A stretch of DNA of 50,243 nt from a virus (lineage: Duplodnaviria > Caudoviricetes). The stretch lies in IMG/VR virus record IMGVR_UViG_3300042905_001626, positions 1 to 50,243 of that record; one strand, written 5' to 3'. Under the pieces are notes generated by a model. That model was not told the DNA's origin and made no database searches. It saw only the letters and a list, made by a program, of their open reading frames with translations. Numbering within the stretch: the stretch's first letter is position 1; each line of letters starts with the position of its first letter. Position numbers and translations under genes: made by a program. Of this stretch, positions 25,702-35,100 are shown piece by piece.

Positions 25702-26637
25702 ATGGCAGCAGAAGAAGAGAAGATTGAATTTGAAGTAGAGGGTGAATCCACAGAAGTTGAGATCGTGGATGACAGGCCTGAGCAGGATAGGAATGCGGTT
25801 GCTCTTAAGAGTGATCCGTCAGACATACCAGACGACGAGGTTAAGCAGTATTCTGAAAACGTCAAAAAGCGGATTCAGCATCTAAAGCATGGGTATCACG
25901 ACGAACGCCGGGCTAAGGAAGAGGCCCAACGGGAACGTGAAGCAGCTATTGCTTATGCAAAACAGATTGCTGATGAAAACGCCAAGTTAAAAGAGAAGCT
26001 AACGACTGGCGAATCGACGTTAATAAAGACGATGCAATTTGCCACGGAAAAAGAATTATCCGAGGCAGAGCGTCATTTCAAAGAAGCGCTTGAGAGCCAA
26101 GATTCTGAAAAGATATTAGAGGCTCAAAAAGCATTAAATGTTGCGATGTTAAAAGCCGACAGGGTTAAGAGTTTTAAACCCCAGGCACAGGAGCAGTTGC
26201 CAACACAACAGGTCCCTGCATATAATCAACAACAGAATACTTTTCACGACAAAAAGGCTGATAAATGGAAATCTGATAACCCGTGGTTTGGGCAATCAGG
26301 CGAGCCTGGAGTTGACGATGAGATGACATTTTTTGCCATGGGCCTGCATAAAAAGCTTACCCGGGAACATGGCGATCAATATGCACTTACGGATGAGTAT
26401 TACGAGAAAATAAATTCTCGCATAAGGGAGAAATTCCCTGAGTACTTTGGCGTACAGGATGAGCCAGAGGAAAAACCTAAACGTCCTGCTTCGGTGGTTG
26501 CCCCGGCAACGCGTAGCTCGCCACCTAAAAAACTGAAGCTAACAGCATCTGAGGCCAACACGGCACGGAGACTGGGTGTTCCGCTTGAAGAATATGCCAA
26601 ACAAGTGGCAAAACTACGTATGGAAGGAAAAATATGA
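25702..26637 (+). CDS. Putative capsid scaffolding protein
   Basis: Acidic coiled-coil protein upstream of the capsid genes. Confidence 0.7.
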   Translation: MAAEEEKIEFEVEGESTEVEIVDDRPEQDRNAVALKSDPSDIPDDEVKQYSENVKKRIQHLKHGYHDERRAKEEAQREREAAIAYAKQIADENAKLKEKLTTGESTLIKTMQFATEKELSEAERHFKEALESQDSEKILEAQKALNVAMLKADRVKSFKPQAQEQLPTQQVPAYNQQQNTFHDKKADKWKSDNPWFGQSGEPGVDDEMTFFAMGLHKKLTREHGDQYALTDEYYEKINSRIREKFPEYFGVQDEPEEKPKRPASVVAPATRSSPPKKLKLTASEANTARRLGVPLEEYAKQVAKLRMEGKI

Positions 26638-27074
26638 GCCGCGAATCCCGTGAAGCAGTGACCCGTGACAACACGGAACGTCCCAAGCAGTGGAAGCCGC
26701 CCAGCTCATTGCCCGACCCTACGCCACGCGACGGATGGAGACATCGTTGGGTTCGGACCTCGATCATGGGGCAGACCGACGCACGCAATGTAGCCACCCG
26801 TTATCAGGATGGATTTGAACCATGTAAGTGGGAAGACTATCCAGAAGTAGCCCGAGCCCTGCTCGCAACCGGACCTCAAACCGGAAACATTGAGATTGGC
26901 GGATTGATGTTGTGCCGCGCCCCTGCGGAAATGGCCGATCAGCGTAATAACCATTACCTGAAACAAGCCAATGATTGGATGCAGAGTGTGGACAGCAACT
27001 TTATGCGAGAGAACGATCCAAGGATGCCGCTCTTTAATGAAAAGCGCACCGAAGTTCGTTTTGGTAAAAGATAA
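26634..27074 (+). CDS. Conserved head-module protein
   Basis: GWRHRWVR...GFEP...GGLMLCR; position between scaffold and capsid. Confidence 0.7.
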   Translation: MSRESREAVTRDNTERPKQWKPPSSLPDPTPRDGWRHRWVRTSIMGQTDARNVATRYQDGFEPCKWEDYPEVARALLATGPQTGNIEIGGLMLCRAPAEMADQRNNHYLKQANDWMQSVDSNFMRENDPRMPLFNEKRTEVRFGKR

Positions 27075-27092
27075 ACCTTTTAGGAGTTAAGC

Positions 27093-27761
27093 ATGGCTTA
27101 CCCGACGATTTCAGGCCCTTATGGTCTGCGTCCGATCAATCTGATCGGCGGTCAGGTATTTGCCGGAGCCACTCGCCAGCGTCGGATTTATTCGTCCAGC
27201 GCAAGCTCAATTGGCTTTGGTGATCCTGTTAAGTTTGACAGCAACGGTTGCGTGGTTGTCTGCACGGAAACGACTGCTGCCCCGGCCACCGGTTTTGCTG
27301 GTGTGTTCATGGGCTGCCAGTTTGTTTCGTCAGTAACTGGCCAACCCACATTCTCACAGGCATGGATTGCTAACACTTCGGTGGCAAGCAATACCGACAT
27401 CATTGCGTATATCTGCGAAGATCCAGACCAGTTGTTCCAGGTCTGCGGTGTTAGCGGAACCACGGTTGTTTCGACGACCTCTGGCTTTACGTATACCGAT
27501 ATTGGCCTGAACGTATCCTTGGTGGCTAACACCCTGAATACGACAACCAAAGATTCGCGTTATGCAGTGGATATTGCTTCGGGCGCAGTAACGGCCACAC
27601 TGCCCATGCGAGTCATCGACGTGGTGCCTGACACGGCATTTACCTATAGCGGTACGGTTTACTACCCTGAAATCATCGTCAAGTTCAATGCAGCCCATGT
27701 GGTGCAGGCAACTGGCGTGGTGACTGGTGGTCATGCGTACAACAACCCAGTCGGACTGTAA
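27093..27761 (+). CDS. Putative capsid decoration/cement protein
   Basis: Strong RBS; beta-rich composition; immediately upstream of the major capsid gene. Confidence 0.65.
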   Translation: MAYPTISGPYGLRPINLIGGQVFAGATRQRRIYSSSASSIGFGDPVKFDSNGCVVVCTETTAAPATGFAGVFMGCQFVSSVTGQPTFSQAWIANTSVASNTDIIAYICEDPDQLFQVCGVSGTTVVSTTSGFTYTDIGLNVSLVANTLNTTTKDSRYAVDIASGAVTATLPMRVIDVVPDTAFTYSGTVYYPEIIVKFNAAHVVQATGVVTGGHAYNNPVGL

Positions 27762-27773
27762 GGGGAAACTTAA

Positions 27774-28682
27774 ATGGCTATTTCACGCGCACAACTACTG
27801 AAAGAGCTGCTCCCCGGCCTGAACGCACTGTTCGGTCTTGAGTACGCTCGTTATGGCGAAGAACACAAAGAGATCTACGAAACCGAGACCTCTGAGCGTT
27901 CGTTTGAAGAGGAAACCAAGCTGTCTGGCTTCTCGGCTGCACCCGTTAAGAACGAAGGTTCTGCGATTGCATACGACAACGCACAGGAAGCTTGGACGGC
28001 TCGCTACACCCACGAGACCATCGCTATGGGATTCTCGATCACCGAAGAGGCGATTGAAGATAACCTGTACGATAGCCTCAGCTCACGTTATACCAAGGCA
28101 CTTGCACGCGCCATGGCATACACCAAGCAGGTGAAAGCAGCAGCCGTGTTGAACAACGGATGGGCATCTACCGTTACTTACGGTGATGGACAGCCCCTGT
28201 TCTCCACTTCACATCCGCTGGTCTCTGGCGGCACCAACAGCAACACGCCTTCCACCCAGGCTGACTTGAATGAAACTTCGTTGGAAAACGCAGTCATTCA
28301 GATCGCAGCATGGACGGATGAACGTGGTCTGTTGATCGCAGCTCGTCCCCGCAAGTTGATCGTTCCTCCCAACCTCCAGTTCGTGGCAACGCGTCTGTTG
28401 GAAACCGAACTCCGTGTCGGCACCAACAACAACGACATCAACGCCATCAAGAACAACGGAAGTATTCCTGAGGGCTACACGATCAACCACTTCTTGACTG
28501 ACACGAACGGCTGGTTCCTTACGACCGACGTTCCTAACGGTTTGAAGCACTTCGTGCGGACACCGATGCAGACTGGAATGGACGGTGACTTTGATACGGG
28601 CAATGTCAGATACAAAGCCCGTGAGCGTTACTCATTCGGGGTCTCGGACCCGCTCGGTATCTTTGGGTCACAGGGCGCCTAA
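27774..28682 (+). CDS. Major capsid protein
   Basis: MAISRAQLLKELLPGLNALFG...PRKLIVPP...RERYSFG.SDP; followed by a terminator. Confidence 0.9.
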   Translation: MAISRAQLLKELLPGLNALFGLEYARYGEEHKEIYETETSERSFEEETKLSGFSAAPVKNEGSAIAYDNAQEAWTARYTHETIAMGFSITEEAIEDNLYDSLSSRYTKALARAMAYTKQVKAAAVLNNGWASTVTYGDGQPLFSTSHPLVSGGTNSNTPSTQADLNETSLENAVIQIAAWTDERGLLIAARPRKLIVPPNLQFVATRLLETELRVGTNNNDINAIKNNGSIPEGYTINHFLTDTNGWFLTTDVPNGLKHFVRTPMQTGMDGDFDTGNVRYKARERYSFGVSDPLGIFGSQGA

Positions 28683-28700
28683 TTTAAGGCACCTTGTAAT

Positions 28701-28733
28701 AACAGAAGGGGGTTTGACGACCCCCTTTTGTTT
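28701..28733 (+). terminator. Rho-independent terminator after the major capsid gene
   Basis: AGAAGGGGGT-TTGACG-ACCCCCTTTT-GTTT. Confidence 0.8.
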
Positions 28734-28743
28734 GTCCTATAAT
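28714..28743 (+). promoter_or_regulatory. Sigma70-like promoter overlapping the terminator, upstream of the HNH gene
   Basis: TTGACG-N18-TATAAT. Confidence 0.6.
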
Positions 28744-28769
28744 TCACTGTGTCAAACACAGGAGATCAT

Positions 28770-29372
28770 ATGGACACTACAAACTTACCTAAAACACGCC
28801 AAGAAGCTATGGCAACTGGCGCTAAGTATTACTTCACAGGAGAGCCCTGCAAGCATGGCCACATAGCGCCACGCAAAACAAAAGGCTCATGCGTTGACTG
28901 CCTCAAGGTTGAATGGGAAAAATCAAACGTTACTCGCGCTGATTACTATCGTGAGTACAACAAATCAGACGCCGGCCAGAAAGCAAAGCGCAAATACTAC
29001 GAGGCGAATAAGGATGCTGTGATTGCTAAAGCTGCAAATAGGTCAACAGAAGAAAGGCGCAAGGCAAGAAACAAACATAAAAAATCCAATCCAGAGTTAT
29101 ACAAAGAATTGGTAAATATGCGTAGGCGTAGGTTTAGGCAAGCCACACCTAAATGGCTTACTGAAAAAGATCGCATGGAGATACGTTTGAAATACCGGTT
29201 AGCCTTAGAAATGACCAAAGCAACCGGAGTTAAATACGCCGTAGATCACGAGATACCGCTATTTGGTGAAAACGTATGCGGCTTGCATGTGCCATGGAAT
29301 CTACGTGTCTTGACGCAAGAGGAAAACCTGCGTAAATCCAATAAGCTCATTGACACCCACCCCACAAACTGA
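28770..29372 (+). CDS. Free-standing HNH endonuclease
   Basis: YFTGEPCKHGH...CVDC N-terminus; VDHEIPL.GENVCGLHVPWNL...EN..KSN; AGGAG RBS before ATG 28770. Confidence 0.88.
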   Translation: MDTTNLPKTRQEAMATGAKYYFTGEPCKHGHIAPRKTKGSCVDCLKVEWEKSNVTRADYYREYNKSDAGQKAKRKYYEANKDAVIAKAANRSTEERRKARNKHKKSNPELYKELVNMRRRRFRQATPKWLTEKDRMEIRLKYRLALEMTKATGVKYAVDHEIPLFGENVCGLHVPWNLRVLTQEENLRKSNKLIDTHPTN

Positions 29373-29378
29373 TACAAA
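29350..29378 (+). promoter_or_regulatory. Sigma70-like promoter
   Basis: TTGACA-N17-TACAAA. Confidence 0.45.
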
Positions 29379-29384
29379 CAACAT

Positions 29385-29460
29385 ACTAGGATTTAACCCA
29401 TATCGACTGGCCTAGCAGACTTAGTAGAGACGGTATGGGGATGCGCTACTACGCGGAGTT
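29385..29460 (+). ncRNA. Candidate double-pseudoknot 5'UTR RNA
   Basis: Pairings CCCATATCG/CGGTATGGG, CTG/CAG, CTAGG/CCTAG and TAGTAG/CTACTA. Confidence 0.55.
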
Positions 29461-29463
29461 AAC

Positions 29464-30003
29464 ATGGCAATCACTACCTTTGACGGTCCTATCCGTTCAC
29501 TGGGCGGCATTTATCAGCAAGGCCCGTCCACTATTGCAGAAATCACAGCAAGCACTACACTGAATCCAGTGGCCCATGGCGGCAGAATACTTTCTGTTGG
29601 CGGGTCATTAGCAGCTAACGTAGTTCTTACGCTTCCTGCAATTAATACTTCAGCTAACGTATCTTCGTCAGGTCCTGGCAATGATCCCAATACGGCCAAT
29701 AACGAAGGTGTTACCTACACCATCTGGGTTCCAACCACGATCTCCACATCGTCTTTGAAGATTGGAACTAACGGCACAGACCGGTTTGTCGGTTCTATTA
29801 TGAGCGTTGATACTGATTCGTCAGGTGCCATGGCTGGATTTACGGCTGGTGCAAACGATGACTTTATCAATCTGAATGGCACGACCACTGGTGGCGTTGC
29901 TGGTTCATGGGTACAGATCGTTGCGATTGCAGCTCTTAAGTACATGGTGACAGGCGTCATCAACTGTACAAGCTCACCCGCTACACCGTTTGCAACGTCT
30001 TAA
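29464..30003 (+). CDS. Putative virion structural protein
   Basis: T/S/G-rich beta-type protein after the capsid gene. Confidence 0.7.
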   Translation: MAITTFDGPIRSLGGIYQQGPSTIAEITASTTLNPVAHGGRILSVGGSLAANVVLTLPAINTSANVSSSGPGNDPNTANNEGVTYTIWVPTTISTSSLKIGTNGTDRFVGSIMSVDTDSSGAMAGFTAGANDDFINLNGTTTGGVAGSWVQIVAIAALKYMVTGVINCTSSPATPFATS

Positions 30004-30015
30004 TAGGGGCGCATC

Positions 30016-30492
30016 ATGGGGATGCAAACCGATGTTTTATCCAAACATGCGGCTACAAGCGGTCTGATGATTAACTATCGCACTCGCCTAAAGGGTGCGG
30101 TGGTTTTTCCGTTTACGGGTGCAACAGGTTATTGTGCGTTTGTAGATAATGTTAGTATTACTGGAACGTATACAAGGTCTACAACTACAGCAACCATAAC
30201 AGCTACAAATCACGGACTGGCAGTTGGTGAGTGGGCTTATTTGGACTGGGATCTTACGGACAACCCATACCAAGTACAGACTGTTGCTGATGCTAATACC
30301 TTTACGGTGACGGTAGCCAATTCTGGTGCGACAAGCGGTAGCGTAACTGTTTGGAATGATGTTTTACTACAAGTGGATGCGTCTAATGCAACGGCGTACA
30401 CCATAGTGGTTCCTGGTGAAGGAATTCTTGTAAAAACCGGTATACGTGTGTTTCTAGCAACGGATATACACACTACGGTGTTCTATGGCTAA
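30016..30492 (+). CDS. Putative virion protein with inserted beta domain
   Basis: Central TATITATNHGLAVGE...YQVQTVADANTFTV segment. Confidence 0.65.
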   Translation: MGMQTDVLSKHAATSGLMINYRTRLKGAVVFPFTGATGYCAFVDNVSITGTYTRSTTTATITATNHGLAVGEWAYLDWDLTDNPYQVQTVADANTFTVTVANSGATSGSVTVWNDVLLQVDASNATAYTIVVPGEGILVKTGIRVFLATDIHTTVFYG

Positions 30493-30739
30493 GTCTCCTG
30501 CTTGGCAGCGCAAAGAAGGAAAAAACCCGGAAGGCGGCTTAAACGCCAAGGGCCGGGCTTCTTACAACAAAGCCAATCCAGGTAAGCCGGGTCTTAAAGC
30601 TCCTCAGCCAGAGGGCGGTGCGCGTAAGAAATCATTCTGTGCCAGGATGGAGGGGGTGAAAAAGAAGCTTACGTCAGCAAAAACAGCTAGCGACCCAGAT
30701 AGCCGCATTAACAAATCCTTGAGGAAGTGGAAGTGCTAA
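30485..30739 (+). CDS. Conserved basic phage protein
   Basis: AWQRKEGKNPEGGLNAKGRASY...SFCARM...SRINKSLRKWKC, a widespread phage family. Confidence 0.8.
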   Translation: MAKSPAWQRKEGKNPEGGLNAKGRASYNKANPGKPGLKAPQPEGGARKKSFCARMEGVKKKLTSAKTASDPDSRINKSLRKWKC

Positions 30740-30991
30740 ATGGAAACGGGTGCTCTAGTTTGGAATCTAATCACATCTTTCTTCGTGGCATTGGTCATGT
30801 TCATGATTAAGATGAACCATGATGAGCAAAAGCGCATCCAGATTTTGCTCAACAGAACTCGGGAGGAAATAGCCCGTGATCACATCACTCGCGCAGAAGT
30901 TAGGCAAGATCTTGAAAAACTTATGGAACGCTTTGACTCAGGCATTGGAAGGCTTGAAGCAAAAATTGATGCCCTCGCTGAAAGGAAATGA
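30740..30991 (+). CDS. Membrane-anchored coiled-coil protein
   Basis: N-terminal TM segment plus coiled coil. Confidence 0.7.
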   Translation: METGALVWNLITSFFVALVMFMIKMNHDEQKRIQILLNRTREEIARDHITRAEVRQDLEKLMERFDSGIGRLEAKIDALAERK

Positions 30992-31239
30992 TGATGCAAA
31001 ATGATCCTCGTAAAGGCCGTGGGCGCCATGGCGACACGAACTACAATCCTAACTATGACCTGGTACCCACCCAGAAAGAACGTGGTGCAATGCAGCAGGA
31101 AGTAGAAGACGAGAAGCTACGCAAGATGGACAAGCGCCCTAACCTTGGCCGCATGTTCAAAGAAGGCGGGTACGTCAAAGCTGCTGATGGTTGTGCCATG
31201 CGTGGCAAGACCAAAGGCAAGATGATCAAAATGGGTTAA
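30988..31239 (+). CDS. Small basic protein with 'GG..ADG.A..GKTKG' tail
   Basis: FKEGGYVKAADGCAMRGKTKGKMI. Confidence 0.7.
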   Translation: MMMQNDPRKGRGRHGDTNYNPNYDLVPTQKERGAMQQEVEDEKLRKMDKRPNLGRMFKEGGYVKAADGCAMRGKTKGKMIKMG

Positions 31240-31260
31240 TTACGCCACGTGGCGTAATAT
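31237..31260. repeat. Palindrome, copy 4 (overlapping a stop codon, otherwise intergenic)
   Basis: TAATTACGCCACGTGGCGTAATAT. Confidence 0.85.
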
Positions 31261-31281
31261 AATACTTTAGTAGGGGCTAGC

Positions 31282-31854
31282 ATGAAGCGCAAAGTCAAAC
31301 GCTACGAAGTCGGTGGAGAGGTTGATTCTTACTCCGAGTACCAAGGTTTTGGGCAGGTAGGACCAAGGACTATCCAAGAAGACATCAACGCGGCTGCTGA
31401 AGAAGAGCGCAAAAAGCCCAAGATCAAAGAAAGTATCAGCGTTTCTGAGTTTGCAGAGCCTGGTGGCGCTGGATTTTCCAGAACGACGGTGAGCAAAACA
31501 CCTGCTAAAGCACCGATAGTTACCAAAGAGCAGATGAAAAAAGCAGGGTTTGATAACCTACGTGATTACATGAATGCTCAGCAAGGTCTAACACGTCGCA
31601 AAGAAACGCCTAAAGCTGAAAAACCTGCAAAGTCCGAAGGTCCGGCTATGTCGTCCTTTGCGCCAGACGCACGTGCAGCACGATCAACGAACGTAAGTTA
31701 TTTACGTAAAGACAGGCTTGGCAATGAGCCAGATATGTATATTGCACGCAGACGCATGAAAGAAGGTTGGAAGTCAGGCGGTAAGGTTGGATCGGCATCG
31801 AAACGAGCTGATGGTATTGCAACCAAAGGCAAGACACGTGGGAAGTACATATGA
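31282..31854 (+). CDS. Basic protein with 'GG..ADG.A..GKTRG' tail
   Basis: KSGGKVGSASKRADGIATKGKTRGKYI. Confidence 0.7.
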   Translation: MKRKVKRYEVGGEVDSYSEYQGFGQVGPRTIQEDINAAAEEERKKPKIKESISVSEFAEPGGAGFSRTTVSKTPAKAPIVTKEQMKKAGFDNLRDYMNAQQGLTRRKETPKAEKPAKSEGPAMSSFAPDARAARSTNVSYLRKDRLGNEPDMYIARRRMKEGWKSGGKVGSASKRADGIATKGKTRGKYI

Positions 31855-32147
31855 TGGATAAGGTCGGCCGTGTTATGCGTGAGTTTAAGGAAGGCAAGTT
31901 AAAGTCTTCCTCTGGGCAAAAAGTTACCAACCCCAAGCAAGCAATTGCAATTGGATTATCGGAGCAAAGAGCTATGAAGAAAGAACCTGCAAAGAAGATG
32001 GCTGCTGGTGGTTATAAGGCCGGTGGTGCTGTAATGCCAAAGAAAATGGGCGCGGTTAAAACTGCTGCTCCTTCGATCAATGGCGTGGCAACCAAGGGTA
32101 AAACCAAGGGCACCATGATCAAGATGCGTAAAGGTGGTTGCGCTTAA
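31851..32147 (+). CDS. Small basic protein with 'G.ATKGKTKG' tail
   Basis: VMREFKEGKLKSSSGQKVTNPKQAIAIGLSE...NGVATKGKTKGTMI. Confidence 0.75.
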   Translation: MMDKVGRVMREFKEGKLKSSSGQKVTNPKQAIAIGLSEQRAMKKEPAKKMAAGGYKAGGAVMPKKMGAVKTAAPSINGVATKGKTKGTMIKMRKGGCA

Positions 32148-32153
32148 GCTTCT

Positions 32154-35100
32154 ATGGCAACAAGCCAAGATGCATCCGCAGCACAGATAACAGAGCTTTA
32201 TAGATCCATCCTTGGCAGAAACCCTGACCAAGGTGGTCTTGAGTACTGGGATTCAACCGGCAAGAGTGCGGATGAAATAGCCGCCATATTGCGCGAAGCA
32301 AGGGATACGGCCGGGTCTGCGGAAAGTGCTTTATTTGCTAAGAACCAAGGTATTCTTAAAGATATCAGCGGACTAGCAAAGAACAATGAGCTGTCAATCA
32401 CAGACATTGTTAAGTACGCCAAAGACAATAACGTATCGTACCAAGACGTTGTTCAAGCGGTAGAAGCGTTTATACCTAACGTTACCGTTGATAGCTTGCA
32501 ATATGAGCAGGCAAGGCAAAACCTGTCTAAGTATGCAGACAGTAAAAATCAGGTCAGTCTGGTGGATGCCATTAAGGCGGCATCAGAGTTTGGGGTAGAC
32601 ACAAAAAACCTGGCGAAGTTCTTTTCGATGACGCCAGAGGTATTGGCTAATACGATCAATACCAATGCTAAGTATCTTGCTGATTCAAAGTTATTTGATA
32701 CGGTAGCTATTGACCAAGTTGCTGCACTGACAGGGGCCGATTTGTCGGCGCTTAATGGCGGGAAAAGGTCGTCAGAAATAGGCGCTGCATTAGACGCAGC
32801 AAAAGACAGCAAGGGCCAGATTACCTATGCAGATGCGATAGGCGTTGGATCAAAGCTTGGTTTATCCGACGATGAGTTAGCCGGGTATATAGGTGTTAAA
32901 CCAGAAGACCTTGCTAACTACAGAACGACGACGGACATTCAGGCAAAGATTACTGATGCCAAATCGGATGGCAAGCTGACGCTAGATGAAATTATTGGTA
33001 TCCAAAGTGATACCGATAAAGACTTTACGCAGTTTGTGCAGGACTACTTTGCTGGCTCCGCAGAAGAAAAAGCTGCGCTGGTATCGCAACTCAATGCAAG
33101 AAATAGTTTGACGCCGGAGTTACGTGCCGCCCAGGATGCGATTGCCGGCATGGCAGACCCCAAGACAAATCAGATTGATCTTGGAAAGCTGTATGACTAT
33201 GCCAAAGCTAATAACTTAAATCCGGCAGACATTGCGGGATTTGTTAACCAGCAGCCAGATGCGCTAGCACAGTCATTTGCGGATATACCGATTAATCGAC
33301 GCCTGCAAGAAGCGTCAGCAGACGGTCTGAGTATTGATGAGATATTGGGCGAAGTCGGCACATCGAAGATGTCGATTGAAGACTTTGTTAACCGATACTT
33401 GGCACCGGAAAACAAGCAGCAGCTTATAGAAGCACTTAATACAGAAAGTGCATTTACGCCAGAAGAGCGGGCGCTAAGGCGAGACTTTGTATCTCTTGGC
33501 CAGCAGACGGGCATGGACAAGGCGCTTGAGTTTGCAAGTCAAAAGGGTCTTTCTGACGAAGATGCCAGCCGGATATTGGGTATTAATGCGTCAGATATAG
33601 GTTCATACCGTAGAAGCGAGTTTATTTCTCAAGGGCTAAATCAAGCCATGGGAAGTGACAATCAACTTGGTTATGACGAGATTTACAGGTTCTCAAAAGA
33701 TAAAAACGTACCGCTTGATGAGCTAATTAATTACCTCGGAAACCCTGATGAACGGAGCACGTTAAAGACAGGTATTCAGAGTTACATTGATGCAGCCGAA
33801 GCGGATGCAAAGATGACGCCAGCAGAGAGGCTTACGCAGCAGCTTACTGATGTGACTGGTGGCGGTAAGCAATCAGGCGTTTGGGATAAAAACAATGGAT
33901 GGGATCATCACTTGCAAAAGATGGTGAACTATCTTGAGGGTTATGGCATATCGGATCTGCGTCAGATTGGAACCAAGGTAGAAAACCGCATGGTTCAAGA
34001 TTTGGCGCCAGCCATTCAGTCTGGTGATGACTTCAGGCAGGCTGATGAGATTGTCGAAAGCGAAGCGCCGTTTGTTGTGTATTACGACAAATCAACGGGC
34101 AAAGAATTACACGCAGTGCCACAGTCGCAAAATGGCGGGTACTGGGAGTTTGGATCAGAGGGCCAAGGCAAAGGAAGTACGGGATACTTTATTGGTCCGT
34201 CAAGCGGCGGATCAGTTGGCGTAACAAGCTCTTGGCGTGAGAAGTATGGAGCACAAGAATACGCACTGCCATTAATGTTTGTTGCGGCTATAGCGGCTCC
34301 TTACCTGTTACCTGAGGTTATAGGAACGGCTACTGGCATGACAGCGGCAGAGGCTGCGTCATTAGGATTATCGGCTAATAGTGGGCTAGCGGGCATTCTG
34401 GTTGAGGCAGGGATGTCCATACCGGCTGCACAAGCGGCTGCAACGGTTATTGCGAATGGGGTTTACAAAGGCGTCTCAGCAGAGATGGCTGGTGGCGACT
34501 TTAACCAAGGGTTTATTGCTGGTGGTATAGCACCATGGATGGCTCAGTACGCAACGAATTGGGCGGCAGATAATTTGCCAACCGGTACAAATCCTGCGGT
34601 GGCAAGGACAGTTGGGCTTGCAGTTGGCCAATTAATGTCAACAGGCGAGATTGATCCGAAGCAATTAGCTGCTAGTGCTTTGGCGCCACAAGCGGTTGAG
34701 AAGTTAGTGAAAGCCACGAATGGTGCTATCACGCCCAATCAAGCTAAGTTGTTGTTTACAACGCTGGCCACGGGCGGTGAAAACATCACGGCGATGGCAT
34801 CAAATCCCATGGCTGTATTGAACTTTGTGCAGCAAAACAAGGGATTGTTTGATGAGATCCTGACAAACAAACCTATTTCTGAGATTGGCAAGAAACTTAA
34901 TATCAGTGCGCTTGATAATTCTCAGCAAAAGTTCTTTACTGAAGATGGTGCATTGCAATACCCAGGGTCGAGATACGAAGGTAGGGAGTTTCCTGAAGTT
35001 GCAGGCGAACTTGTGCAAGGCATTCAGCGGGTTAATGAAGACGGATCTATTAGCGTAGGTCGCGACAAAGAGACGGGGCTAGAGGTTCGTCTAAACCCAG

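Noticed and set aside
26720-26734. Possible fifth palindrome copy (TACGCCACGCGACGG)
   Set aside because: Only a half-site match; the right arm is not complementary.
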